A stretch of DNA of 64,000 nt from Bernardetia sp. ABR2-2B (GCF_037126435.1 NZ_CP147020.1:1843293-1907292); one strand, 5' to 3'; shown: positions 30,825 to 40,715, counted from the stretch's first letter. Made by a program: numbers and translations. The notes: generated from the sequence alone by a model not told the origin.

Positions 30825-31586
30825 ATGTTAGCATTCATCACAGGCGCAACTTCAGGAATCGGACTTGCCACAGCACACATTTTTGCAGAAAATAATATTG
30901 ACCTTATTCTTTGTGGAAGAAGAACTGAAAGACTCCAAGAGTTAGAAAAAGAATTATCTCAAAAAGTAAAAGTAACGACACTTTCTTTCGATGTTCGTTA
31001 TAGAGAGGAAGTGCAAAAGGCAGTTGATTCTCTCCCAAAAGACTTTCAAAATATAGATATTCTTATCAATAATGCAGGAAATGCACACGGACTTTCTTCT
31101 ATTCAAGAAGGAAGTTTAGATGATTGGGATTTTATGATTGACCTCAACGTAAAAGGACTTTTGTATGTAACAAAGGCACTTTTACCAAAATTATTAAATC
31201 AAACAAGGTCAGAAAAAAACAAAGGTCAAATTATAAATATTGGTTCAATAGCTGGGATAGATTCTTATGCTAATGGAAATGTCTATTGTGCTACAAAATC
31301 AGCTGTTGCGATGCTTAGTGAGACAATGAGAATTGATTTGCTCAAAGAAAATATAAAAGTAAGTGAAGTAAAACCTGGATTAGTAGAGACAGAGTTTTCG
31401 AAAGTTCGTTTCAAAAATGATGAAAATAGAGCTGAAAAAGTATATCAGAATTATACGCCACTTACAGCCGAAGATATTGCCGAGCTTATTTATTTTGTGG
31501 TTTCTCGTCCTGCTCATGTAAATATTGCTGATGTTCTGATTTTGCCAACCGACCAAGCCAAATCTGCTATGGTAAATAAGAAATAA
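30825..31586 (+). CDS. SDR-family short-chain dehydrogenase/reductase.
   Basis: 253-aa ORF with a TGATSGIG cofactor motif, NNAG, and the catalytic YCATK (YxxxK). Confidence 0.8.
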   Translation: MLAFITGATSGIGLATAHIFAENNIDLILCGRRTERLQELEKELSQKVKVTTLSFDVRYREEVQKAVDSLPKDFQNIDILINNAGNAHGLSSIQEGSLDDWDFMIDLNVKGLLYVTKALLPKLLNQTRSEKNKGQIINIGSIAGIDSYANGNVYCATKSAVAMLSETMRIDLLKENIKVSEVKPGLVETEFSKVRFKNDENRAEKVYQNYTPLTAEDIAELIYFVVSRPAHVNIADVLILPTDQAKSAMVNKK

Positions 31587-31609
31587 AATACCACAAAATA
31601 TAAAGAGAA

Positions 31610-32701
31610 TTGACGACTGCACTTCGCAAAATAATACATATAGATATGGACGCTTTTTATGCTTCAGTAGAACAGCGAGATAATCCAGAACTAAGAGGAA
31701 AGCCTATTGCAGTAGGTGGAGATGGAAAACGAGGTGTAGTGGCAGCAGCAAGTTATGAAGCACGAAAATACGGTGTTTATTCGGCAATGTCTTCCAAAAT
31801 TGCTTTGCAGAAATGCCCTCATTTGATTTTTGTACGTCCTCGTTTTGAAGAGTACAAAAAGGTTTCTTTACAGATTAGAGCTATCTTTTCAGAATATACA
31901 GATTTGATAGAACCACTTTCTTTAGACGAAGCCTATTTAGATGTAACACAAAATAAAAAACAGTTTCCTTCTGCTACTTTACTTGCGATGCAGATTAAAG
32001 ATGAGATAAAAGCTAAAACTAATCTAACAGCTTCTGCTGGAGTCTCTTTTAATAAGTTTTTAGCCAAAATTGCTTCTGATATTAATAAACCAGATGGAAT
32101 TTTTACGATTATACCTGCTGATGCTTCAAAATTTATTGATGAGCTTCCTATCAAAAAATTTCATGGTATTGGTAAAGTAACTGCAAAAAAAATGCACCAT
32201 TTGGGTATTTATACAGGAAAGGATTTGAAAAAATGGCAAAAGAATGATTTGATAAAAAACTTTGGTAAAGCAGGAAGGTTTTATTTTCATATTGCTCACG
32301 GACAAGATAATCGCCCTGTAAATCCGAATCGTATCAGAAAATCTATTGGTGCAGAACGGACTTTTTCGGAAGATTTATTTGAGGAAACAGAAATGATAGA
32401 ATCTCTTCAAAAAATTGCTCAAAAATTATCTCCACTACTTTTGAATAAAGATGTAAAAGGCAGAACCCTTACTCTCAAAATAAAATATGCAGATTTTAAT
32501 CAAATTACTCGTAGCCAAACTGTTATTCAAGGCTTACAAACTGAAGAGGATTTAGCGAAAATTTATATTCCCTTGCTCAAAAGTATTTTTCCTCTGCAAA
32601 TAGGAGTTCGATTATTGGGTTTACAAGTTTCTAATTTAAGTAATCAATCAAAAGAAGAGGTAAAGCATAAAATAGGTAGGCAATTGACTTTGGACTTTTG
32701 A
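31610..32701 (+). CDS. dinB: DNA polymerase IV (Y-family translesion polymerase).
   Basis: 363-aa ORF: RKIIHIDMDAFYASVEQRDNPELRGKPIAVGG and SLDEAYLDVT. The track start is a TTG. Confidence 0.85.
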   Translation: MTTALRKIIHIDMDAFYASVEQRDNPELRGKPIAVGGDGKRGVVAAASYEARKYGVYSAMSSKIALQKCPHLIFVRPRFEEYKKVSLQIRAIFSEYTDLIEPLSLDEAYLDVTQNKKQFPSATLLAMQIKDEIKAKTNLTASAGVSFNKFLAKIASDINKPDGIFTIIPADASKFIDELPIKKFHGIGKVTAKKMHHLGIYTGKDLKKWQKNDLIKNFGKAGRFYFHIAHGQDNRPVNPNRIRKSIGAERTFSEDLFEETEMIESLQKIAQKLSPLLLNKDVKGRTLTLKIKYADFNQITRSQTVIQGLQTEEDLAKIYIPLLKSIFPLQIGVRLLGLQVSNLSNQSKEEVKHKIGRQLTLDF

Positions 32702-32799
32702 GTATATTTTAGGAAAATTTGTATGTTTGTTGCTAGTCATTGTATTTTCAGAAATATTCCGTAAATAATAGATGTTGGGAATGTTATACTACCCTATGA

Positions 32800-33075
32800 A
32801 AAACACAAAAAAACTACTTGAACTGCAAATCTAAGATTTGCTAAAATGATAGGTAGTAGTCATCGCTGCGCTAAAGACAACGCCCAACATTCGTTTTTTT
32901 ACCTTTTATTTGGAACACTACGCACATCAGGTTTTTTTTTGGTTTTGTGGGAAGTTAGTAGATTTGTGAGGGTATTGTTTGTTGTTGGTCATCGTAACGG
33001 CAAACCGAAACTAAAGACCAACAACGGCTTCTTTATAATGCTTTGGTTTTTTTGGAAGACCAACAAGAACGCAGA
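32800..33075 (+). repeat. Composite R1 (32800-32935) plus R2 (32925-33075) repeat.
   Basis: R1 core gcaaatctaagatttgctaaaatgataggtagtagtcatcgctgcgctaaagacaacgcccaaca followed by the R2 hairpin gttgttggtcatcgtaacggcaaaccgaaactaaagaccaacaac. Confidence 0.8.
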
Positions 33076-33115
33076 TAAAGAATTAAAGCAACATCATAAT
33101 TACGACAATTAACTT

Positions 33116-33778
33116 ATGGACTCTCTAATAAGATATACAGATTTTCAAAACAAATATTCCGACTATAATGCTTGGAAGCCAAGTAATGCTTTTACTATTC
33201 ATAATACTACTAACAATTGTATTGAGCAGCTATATAAATATGAGATTGTTGAACAAGTTTTCAATGGGGTAGGTCATACAAGGGATAGTATTCTTTATGC
33301 TAAAAAATTACATAAATTTCAAAACGGATTAATACAAGAGTTTTCTAAACAAGAACGAAATAACACCTATATATATGTAATTGAACATAAGAAGAAAAAA
33401 TTGTCAAGAATAAGAAGTTATAAAGGTTTAGTAGATAAAAAGAAAATCGCTCCGAGCAACTATTGTCAGAATGAATTTATGTTAGAACATAACGAAACAA
33501 TAATATCTTTTATAACTTCTTTAATAGGAGAAAATGTTGTTCAATTATTAGAATATTTCTTTGATGATTCGACCTGTTTTGTAATAAAGAGTGATGAAGA
33601 TTATTTAAACGTAGATTTCTTAAACTTAGTGTTATCTACTTTAGATTTAACTGGCAACATTGAATTAGATTATTTAAAATTATTATGTCTATTCTGTAAT
33701 AAAAATGATATTATATATCGAATAGGAGGAAATTCAGGAGAAGATTACTGGAGTCTGCAGAAGTTCATAAAAAAGTAG
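33116..33778 (+). CDS. Hypothetical protein (ORFan) bracketed by R1/R2 repeats.
   Basis: 220-aa ORF with no motif I recognise. Confidence 0.35.
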   Translation: MDSLIRYTDFQNKYSDYNAWKPSNAFTIHNTTNNCIEQLYKYEIVEQVFNGVGHTRDSILYAKKLHKFQNGLIQEFSKQERNNTYIYVIEHKKKKLSRIRSYKGLVDKKKIAPSNYCQNEFMLEHNETIISFITSLIGENVVQLLEYFFDDSTCFVIKSDEDYLNVDFLNLVLSTLDLTGNIELDYLKLLCLFCNKNDIIYRIGGNSGEDYWSLQKFIKK

Positions 33779-33780
33779 AT

Positions 33781-34145
33781 ATACACTGTTGTTGGTCATC
33801 GTAACGGCAAACCGAAACTAAAGACCAACAACGGCTTCTTATCTAATGATTTGGACTTTTTGGAAGACCAACAAGAACGTAACAACGGCTTTTTTTACGT
33901 TTTTAGCAAATCGGAACACCAACAAGAACGTAGAATTTGAATAAAAATCTGTTTTTTTTTGATTTGAGTTTTTTGTTTTTTGTGGGAAGTTATTAGGTTT
34001 GTGGGGTGTGTTTGTTGTTGGTCATCGTAACGGCAAGCCGAAACTAAAGACCAACAACGGCTTCTTTCTAATGATTTGGATTTTTTGGAAGACCAACAAG
34101 AACGTAGACAACGCTTAACTACTACTGTTTTGGAACACTACGCTC
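33781..34145 (+). repeat. Two tandem R2 copies (33781-33925 carries three ccaacaagaacg motifs; 33955-34115) plus an R1-type terminal motif (ggaacactacgctcatcagg).
   Basis: Direct sequence match to the other R2 copies. Confidence 0.8.
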
Positions 34146-34673
34146 ATCAGGGGGAGTTACTCTTAAAATATCCCAATAGTCTCCGTTAAATTCATAGATA
34201 GGTAAATGGACGAAGTTGTACAAAGCTTCTCGTAGCTCTTTAGTTTGTTCCTTCCATAGTTTCTCTGACCTGATAATTCCATTTTTAAATTTTTTCTCAT
34301 CTGTAACTTTTTTAGGATGCCAAGCAGAAAGCCAATATCCTTCCACATCCTTTTGTTCTACATCTTCTAATGTTTCTAACGAAGCCTTTGATATTTTACT
34401 TGCGTATTTCTTATAATACAGAAACATATCATCCACTAATAATAAAATAGAATACATGTAAAATATGGAACCCCAACTATTATCTTCTGCTTTGCTCTCT
34501 AAATAACTAATGAGTTGATCCAACTGAGTTTCTATTTCTTTACTACTGATATATGTAGTATAATAGCTAAGTTTTACTAATATTGGATTTTCAAAAGTTA
34601 TAGGTAACTCTTTTTCTTTAGCTTTCTCGTCGAAAGACAATAGAGTTCTTTTAAATAGTCTATGTTCAAACAT
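34122..34673 (-). CDS. Hypothetical protein (ORFan) between the R2 repeats and the IS element.
   Basis: 183-aa ORF with no motif I recognise. Confidence 0.35.
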   Translation of the reverse strand: MFEHRLFKRTLLSFDEKAKEKELPITFENPILVKLSYYTTYISSKEIETQLDQLISYLESKAEDNSWGSIFYMYSILLLVDDMFLYYKKYASKISKASLETLEDVEQKDVEGYWLSAWHPKKVTDEKKFKNGIIRSEKLWKEQTKELREALYNFVHLPIYEFNGDYWDILRVTPPDERSVPKQ

Positions 34674-34788
34674 TGATATTATTGAATTATGATAGCACCT
34701 TTTTTACCGTTAAAATTGTAATTTATATGTTCACAAATGTTGGGCGTTGTCTGCAACTACGACCTATCAGTCCAGCAAGTCTTAGACC

Positions 34789-36224
34789 TTATCCTGTCCC
34801 ATAAACTTTTCAATTTTGGCTATTGTTTTGTATTGATTTTATTTATTTACTATTCTTACCTTCATTTTATGTTATATCAACCTTTGGAACATTGGAGCGA
34901 ACGAGAATTTATGGATTGTGGTGTTGAAGACTTACGAGAAGCGAAAAGTATTTCGAAGATGGCAGATAAATTATTAGCTACTCCAGAAAACTCTTTCAGT
35001 AGTAGCGTAGGTAATAGTCTACGAAAAGCAGCTTGGCGTATTTTTTCAAAGGAAGAAGTAGATATTAGCTACGGACATTATCGTCAATCTTCTCTTCGTT
35101 GTTCCTCTGAATCTATGGTTTTGGTTCACCAGGATACAACAGATTTGAATTTTGGAGGTCATTTGGCTAGTGAAGGTTTAGGTGACTTAGGAGGTAGTAC
35201 TGGCAAGCCTATTCTAGGTCTTTGTGTTCATAGTGCTTTAGTTACTACGGAAGCAGGTATTCCTTTGGGTTTGATTTCACAAAAGATATGGGCGCCTACA
35301 GTGGGCAGTAAAGAAAAAAAAGTAATTCCTCACCTTCCAATAGAAGAAAAAGAAAGTTATCGTTGGTTAGAGGCTCTACAAGATATTAGCCATCGTTTAA
35401 AAGATGTTTCTAAGGTAATTGTAGTTTCTGATAGAGAGAGTGATTTTTATGAATATATTGATGCTACTCGTGGTAGAAATGTGGAGTTGTTATTTAGAGT
35501 GCATCATTTACGTCGTAGAGTATATGCAAATGGAGAGAAGATAGCTTTAGGGCAAGTTAGTTTTTCATCATTATCAGAGATAGATGTTTTTCTACCTAAG
35601 AGCAAAACTAGAGAAGCTAGAAAAGCTCGTCTTACAATAAGCTAGGGAGATATTATTTGCCCACCTTCGCAAAGGAAAAAGGGATCAGAACATCATTTAT
35701 CTCTTATTATAGCTAAAGAAATGCACCCTCCCAAAGATCAAGAGGCAGTAGAATGGTATCTACTAACCACTCAAAAAATAGTTACCCTTCAACAGGCACT
35801 TCTTTGTATAGAACACTACAAAAAACGTTGGACTATTGAGCGTTGGCATTATGTGCTTAAACAGGGTTTACGAATAGAAAAACTACAGTTTGATACATTT
35901 ACTTCACTATCTAATGCTATCAGCTTACTCTCCATTGTAGCTTGGCAACTTTATTTGCTCAAAAAACTGGCAGAAGACTATGAAGATATTTCTGCTGATC
36001 AAGTATTGACAAAGATACAACTAGAGGTGTTAGGAAAACAAAGTCAGAAAAAAATACGCTACCTTCAAGAGGCTTTGATACGCATCGCTGTGTTAGGTGG
36101 ATTTACACCATCTAAAAAACAACCTCTACCTGGCGAAATGACAATATGGAAAGGGTATAAGATGCTTAGTTTAATAGTTCAAGGCTATAAACTGGCTAAC
36201 CCAAAAAAATATGGGACAGGATAA
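34789..36224 (+). mobile_element. IS4-family insertion sequence with perfect 12-bp terminal inverted repeats (TTATCCTGTCCC / GGGACAGGATAA) and a 9-bp direct target duplication GTCTTAGAC (34779-34787 and 36226-36234). It is inserted into the palindromic core of an R1 repeat.
   Basis: TIRs and TSD read directly from the sequence. Flanking halves at 34737-34788 and 36225-36275 together reconstitute an R1 element. Confidence 0.75.
34869..36224 (+). pseudogene. IS4-family transposase interrupted by a single in-frame TAG at 35643-35645. Both halves are in the same reading frame.
   Basis: ORFs 34737..35645 and 35721..36224 are both in frame 0 with no other stop between them. The C-terminal motif YKKRWTIERWHYVLKQ is typical of IS4. 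The likely start is the ATG at 34869, inside the IS. Confidence 0.65.
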
Positions 36225-36483
36225 GGTCTTAGACTTGCAAGTTAAGTAGGTATTTTTGTAATTACTGCTCTGTCTCGCAAGAAATAAAATGGCTATCACT
36301 CGTTTTTAACGAGTGATTTATATGTATTCGGCTTGTACTTGTAGCCATAATTTTTGTATTTTCTTTTCCGAGTTGTTGTTGTTTAGTTTTGATTTACCGT
36401 TACAGTTACCAAAAAAGACGAAAGTACAATCAAATAGTGAATAACTAGAAATTATTTATTTCAATCACTAAACTACCAAAAAA

Positions 36484-36648
36484 ATGTCACAAATCACTCC
36501 CAAACTAGAAGTTGAGGTAATACAGCTTCTCAAACAAAATAAAATTTTAGAAGCTATAAAGTTAATAGTAACAAATACAGAATTAGGTTTGAAAGATTCA
36601 AAAGAATATGTAGATGAATTGAAAGTTAGGCTAAAAAATAGCAAATAG
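36484..36648 (+). CDS. Small protein (54 aa) resembling the ribosomal L7/L12 C-terminal domain.
   Basis: MSQITPKLEVEVIQLLKQNKILEAIKLIVTNTELGLKDSKEYVDELKVRLKNSK. The segment ELGLKDSKEYV resembles the L7/L12 C-terminal domain GLGLKEAKDLV. The ORF is below the 60-aa cutoff, so the track missed it. Confidence 0.35.
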   Translation: MSQITPKLEVEVIQLLKQNKILEAIKLIVTNTELGLKDSKEYVDELKVRLKNSK

Positions 36649-36649
36649 C

Positions 36650-37225
36650 TTACTTGAAAACTCCTACCAAACGATAATAATCCATCATCGTAATACGGAA
36701 GGTTTCTCGCTCTTTCTTAGTATCTAAAATAGGAATTTCATTAGGAAGCATATAAAATTCGTATTTGTCTAACAGGCTATTATAAAGTTGTGTAGCAAAT
36801 TCGTATTGTGTATCTACGTGTCCTGCAATGTAAAAAAGTGTTCCCTGTGCTTCGGTTTTAGGATTTTTCCAACGGATTTTGAGGGTGTCATTTTTAGATT
36901 CATCAAAATAATCTTCTATGTATTTATTGGGGTCTGTGATAATGTAAGCTTTGTCCTTATCCCACAGATAAACGATTGTCATATTCAGAACAGGCTTCAA
37001 AGTATCTTCACTTGCATCTTCATGAGTATAAATTTCTCTTTTTAGTTTAGGTTCGTCTTTCTTGTTATAATCTAGACTTCTAGTGTTTTTAAAAAATAAA
37101 ACTGAATTTTGTGTAGTCGAATTTTTTGTCTCACTAGCAGAAACTCGTTTGTCTTTATCAGGGTTACAACCTAGAAGAAAAATAGAGCAGAGCGTTATCA
37201 GAGACAGATAAATAATAGATTTCAT
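36650..37225 (-). CDS. Hypothetical lipoprotein.
   Basis: 191-aa ORF with a signal plus lipobox (ITLCSIFLLGCNP). Confidence 0.4.
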   Translation of the reverse strand: MKSIIYLSLITLCSIFLLGCNPDKDKRVSASETKNSTTQNSVLFFKNTRSLDYNKKDEPKLKREIYTHEDASEDTLKPVLNMTIVYLWDKDKAYIITDPNKYIEDYFDESKNDTLKIRWKNPKTEAQGTLFYIAGHVDTQYEFATQLYNSLLDKYEFYMLPNEIPILDTKKERETFRITMMDYYRLVGVFK

Positions 37226-37639
37226 AGAATTTATAAAAAGTGATTGAGTTAAAGTTTGAACTTATAATGTTTTGAAAATGGTATAGGTTTGAGAACAAAC
37301 AAAAAAAATAATTCGAAATTTCTCTCAAAAAAATTCTTTAAATAAAATCAGAATATCGACCTTTGTAAAAAAGTAAGACAGATAGACTAAATAATTATAA
37401 GAAATCTATCGTTAATAAAATAGCTGTCTATCCGTTCCAAAAAAATCAATAAAATAGCTAAATCTCTATAAGAAAGAAAAAATAAAATATTATTTTTGCA
37501 ACCCTTTTGCTTTCACAAGCTATTGATAAGATAATCTTCCAATAAAAAAGCATAATTCAGTCAAAGAAAACATAATTAAAAATACAGGGCTGTTCTTTAC
37601 GCCCTTTTATTCAAAATTAATTGATAAAAACATATTTCT

Positions 37640-38641
37640 ATGTCAAATACGAACTCTAATACAAAAGAACTTTTACACGAACCTTTACTTGCCGAAAATC
37701 CAAATCGTTTCGTACTTTTTCCTATCAAACAGGATGATATTTGGCAGATGTACAAACAAGCAGAAGCTAGTTTTTGGACTGCCGAAGAAATAGACCTTTC
37801 CAATGATATGAAAGATTGGGAAAATATGAGTGACAACGAACGTCATTTTGTAAAACATGTCCTTGCTTTCTTTGCAGCTTCTGATGGAATTGTTAATGAA
37901 AACTTGGTTGTCAATTTTATGAAAGAAGTGCAATCACCAGAAGCTCGTTGTTTTTATGGTTTTCAGGTAATGATGGAAAATATTCACGCTGAAACCTATT
38001 CGCTTCTGATTGATACTTATATTAAAGGGACAAAAGAAAAAGATTATTTATTCAATGCTTTGGATAACTTAGAATGTGTTGCTAAAAAAGGAGAATGGGC
38101 ATTGCGTTGGATTGAAAGCGAAAATTTTGCAGAGCGTTTGATTGCGTTTGCTGCCGTAGAAGGAATATTTTTTAGTGGTTCTTTTTGTTCTATTTTTTGG
38201 CTCAAAAAACGTGGCTTAATGCCAGGACTTTCTTTTTCGAATGAGCTTATTTCTCGTGATGAAGGTTTGCATTGCGATTTTGCTTGTCTTTTGTATAACA
38301 ATTATATCCAAAACAAACTTCCAAAATCACGTATTATCGAAATCATTACAGATGCTGTAAAAATCGAACAAGAATTTGTAACTGATGCAATTCCAGTAAG
38401 TCTTATCGGAATGAATTCTGATTTGATGAATCAATACATTGAGTTTGTGGCTGATAGATTATTAGGTGAACTAAATTGTGAAAAGCAATACAACTCTACA
38501 AATCCATTCCCTTTTATGGAAATGATTAGTCTTCAAGGAAAAACAAATTTCTTTGAAAAGCGTGTTGCAGAATATCAAAAAGCAGGAGTAATGAATAATA
38601 ATGATGATTCTCCTAAGTTCTCTTTAGATGAAGACTTTTAA
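37640..38641 (+). CDS. nrdB: Ribonucleoside-diphosphate reductase subunit beta (class Ia).
   Basis: 333-aa ORF with diiron ligand motifs ([31 protein letters not shown]) and a C-terminal acidic tail. No nrdA is adjacent in this window. Confidence 0.85.
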   Translation: MSNTNSNTKELLHEPLLAENPNRFVLFPIKQDDIWQMYKQAEASFWTAEEIDLSNDMKDWENMSDNERHFVKHVLAFFAASDGIVNENLVVNFMKEVQSPEARCFYGFQVMMENIHAETYSLLIDTYIKGTKEKDYLFNALDNLECVAKKGEWALRWIESENFAERLIAFAAVEGIFFSGSFCSIFWLKKRGLMPGLSFSNELISRDEGLHCDFACLLYNNYIQNKLPKSRIIEIITDAVKIEQEFVTDAIPVSLIGMNSDLMNQYIEFVADRLLGELNCEKQYNSTNPFPFMEMISLQGKTNFFEKRVAEYQKAGVMNNNDDSPKFSLDEDF

Positions 38642-38664
38642 TCAAAGATTATAAGAATAGCACT

Positions 38665-38710
38665 AAAAAAGCCTTTCAAAATTTGTTTTTTGAAAGGCTT
38701 TTTTGATTTT
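38665..38710. terminator. Bidirectional terminator hairpin (aaaagcctttcaaaa atttg ttttgaaaggctttt).
   Basis: 15-bp inverted repeat between convergent nrdB and the HhH gene. The same stem sequence recurs at 40716-40760. Confidence 0.55.
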
Positions 38711-39734
38711 AAAACTCCAAATAAGGAATAAGTTTTGTTAGGTTTTCCTCTTTGATGGCTCTTGATTTTTTAATATCTTCTATATTTTTATAATTTCCGT
38801 GCTGTTTTTTGTACTTTAATAAAATACTTGCTGATTTTCCTTTTATGTATAAATGATTTTTAAGAGTTTGGTAATCTGCTTTGTTTATATTTATTTTTTT
38901 GATGGGAGAAATAATCAAAGCATACTTTTTTAATTCTTCATAAGCTTCTGGGGAAAGAATATAAACGTCTTTTGCCTGTTCTAAAGAATGAAAACCTCCT
39001 ATTCTATTTCTAAAATTCTCTATTTGAAGAGCTGTTTTTTCTCCTATTCCTCTTATTTGCTTTAAGGTCGCTGTATCAGTCGTGTTTATATCAAACTTTT
39101 CTATGACTTTTGGAACATATTTTTTATACTCTTTCTTCTCATACGTGGAAGTATATTTATTCTCTGAATTATCTTTGCCATAGTTCTTATACTTATTTTT
39201 ATCATATTTCTTCTTCTTGTATTTATTTTGAGAAGCATATTTATTTTTATAATAAGCCTTTCTATCTACCGAATCAGGCAAATCTATATAGTCTTTCAAA
39301 CGCTCATACTCTTCTTTTGGAAAACCATTAAAACGTTCTAAATCATTTTTTTGAAGAAAGACATATTTTTTATTGACTGCATTTACTACCCTTTTGGCAA
39401 CCCAAGGCCTTACACCCATTGCTTGCCATTGTGCTATCGATAATTTGTTTGGGTTGAAGAGTGGAATTTCTAACATTGCTAACTTTGTTTCTCTATCCAA
39501 AGGCTGTTGCATCTCCAAAACTGCCAACAAACTATCTGCTTTTTCAACTTGTAATGCTGTCAACTCAGCATCTATTTCATCTATACTTTGTACTCTCTCA
39601 TAAATTATTGCAAGAATAGGAAATACAAAAACTATTGACAAAACAACCATTCCATTTGCTTCTCGCTGAGAAAAATTGCTATTGTTCTTTACTAATTCAG
39701 AAAATTCTGCCCTTATATTTTGGATGAGGTTCAT
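38709..39734 (-). CDS. Membrane-anchored protein with tandem helix-hairpin-helix (ComEA-like) DNA-binding repeats.
   Basis: 341-aa ORF with an N-terminal TM helix and two HhH-like segments (LKQIRGIGEKTALQI; INKADYQTLKNHLYIKGKSASIL). Confidence 0.45.
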   Translation of the reverse strand: MNLIQNIRAEFSELVKNNSNFSQREANGMVVLSIVFVFPILAIIYERVQSIDEIDAELTALQVEKADSLLAVLEMQQPLDRETKLAMLEIPLFNPNKLSIAQWQAMGVRPWVAKRVVNAVNKKYVFLQKNDLERFNGFPKEEYERLKDYIDLPDSVDRKAYYKNKYASQNKYKKKKYDKNKYKNYGKDNSENKYTSTYEKKEYKKYVPKVIEKFDINTTDTATLKQIRGIGEKTALQIENFRNRIGGFHSLEQAKDVYILSPEAYEELKKYALIISPIKKININKADYQTLKNHLYIKGKSASILLKYKKQHGNYKNIEDIKKSRAIKEENLTKLIPYLEF

Positions 39735-39922
39735 TTCTTTATGGTTTTTATTTTTTGAAATATAAGAATTTTTCTTTGAAGTTGTTTAAGATTTGAAGCA
39801 GGAAAACATTTAATAACTTTTGTTGCAGATGATTTTGATGAGCCTTTAGAAGATATTTTAACTAAAAAGTTACCAATTTGGTAACTTTTTTTAGTATATT
39901 GGAGTTTAACTAAAAACGAGGT

Positions 39923-40216
39923 ATGCGAATAATTGCAAAAAGAACACTACGAGAATTTTGGGAAATACATGCTGATTGTGAACAGCAGTTGAAGGCGTGG
40001 TATAGTGAAATTGAAAAAGCAGACTTTCAAACCATAAATCAACTCAAAGAGAATTATCCTAATGCAAGTATTCTCAAAGAAAACAGAATTGTTTTCAATA
40101 TAAAAGGAAATAATTATCGCCTAATTGTAAAATTTAATTTTGAATTTCAAATCGGTTGGATACGATTCATAGGTACACACACCGAATATGACAAAATAAA
40201 TGCAAACGAAATATAA
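39923..40216 (+). CDS. higB: Type II toxin-antitoxin system HigB-family toxin (mRNA interferase).
   Basis: 97-aa ORF MRIIAKRTLREFWEIHADCEQQLKAWYSEI...NYRLIVKFNFEFQIGWIRFIGTHTEYDKI, which is characteristic of HigB/RelE-fold toxins. It is followed immediately by an HTH antitoxin. Confidence 0.7.
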   Translation: MRIIAKRTLREFWEIHADCEQQLKAWYSEIEKADFQTINQLKENYPNASILKENRIVFNIKGNNYRLIVKFNFEFQIGWIRFIGTHTEYDKINANEI

Positions 40217-40217
40217 G

Positions 40218-40577
40218 ATGAATATACAACCAATTACCACAGAAAAAGACTATCAAGAAGCATTAGAAAGGCTAGAATTTATTTTTGATGCAAAAAAAGG
40301 AACTCTAGAGGGAAATGAATTAGAAATTCTATCTATTCTGATAGATAAATATGAAAACGAAAACTTTCCTATCGAAATGCCAAACCCAATAGAGGCTATT
40401 AAATTTAGAATGGAACAAATGGGAATAAGCAATAAAGAACTTGCTGATATCTTGGGTTATAAAAGTAGAGTGAGCGAAATTTTTACTAAAAAAAGAAAAT
40501 TGAGTTTGGCTATGATACGCAAACTTCACACTCATTTGTCTATACCAACAGAAGTTTTGATTAGAGAATATAATTAA
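40218..40577 (+). CDS. higA: HigA-family antitoxin with an HTH (XRE-like) domain.
   Basis: ORF ending LIREYN with an HTH (GISNKELADILGYKSRVSEIFTKKRKLSLAMIRKL). The ATG at 40218 follows the higB stop directly. The track's alternative start at 40200 overlaps higB. Confidence 0.7.
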   Translation: MNIQPITTEKDYQEALERLEFIFDAKKGTLEGNELEILSILIDKYENENFPIEMPNPIEAIKFRMEQMGISNKELADILGYKSRVSEIFTKKRKLSLAMIRKLHTHLSIPTEVLIREYN

Positions 40578-40715
40578 ATGATATTACGCAGAAATAGAAT
40601 TTGAAAAATTTCTCGTACAAACAAACGAAACTCACGATTTTAATCGTGAAAAAAAACAGATACAAAATAGTAGAAACAACAATACAAATATTCGTTTCTA
40701 GGTAAATGAATACAA

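Noticed and set aside
32800-34145. Possible CRISPR array or integron attC array, suggested by the regularly recurring structured repeats.
   Set aside because: The repeats are 90-150 bp, differ in orientation, and are separated by whole ORFs rather than short unique spacers. R2 does not carry the GTTRRRY / RYYYAAC core sites of attC, and no cas genes or intI-type integrase are visible in the window. A cassette-like function is still flagged as a finding, but not as CRISPR or a classical integron.
34737-34868. ORF-track start of the transposase at 34737, which would give a 302-aa protein beginning MLGVVCNYDL.
   Set aside because: These first 44 codons lie outside the IS left terminal inverted repeat (34789) and read through flanking R1 repeat sequence. 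The first ATG inside the element is at 34869.
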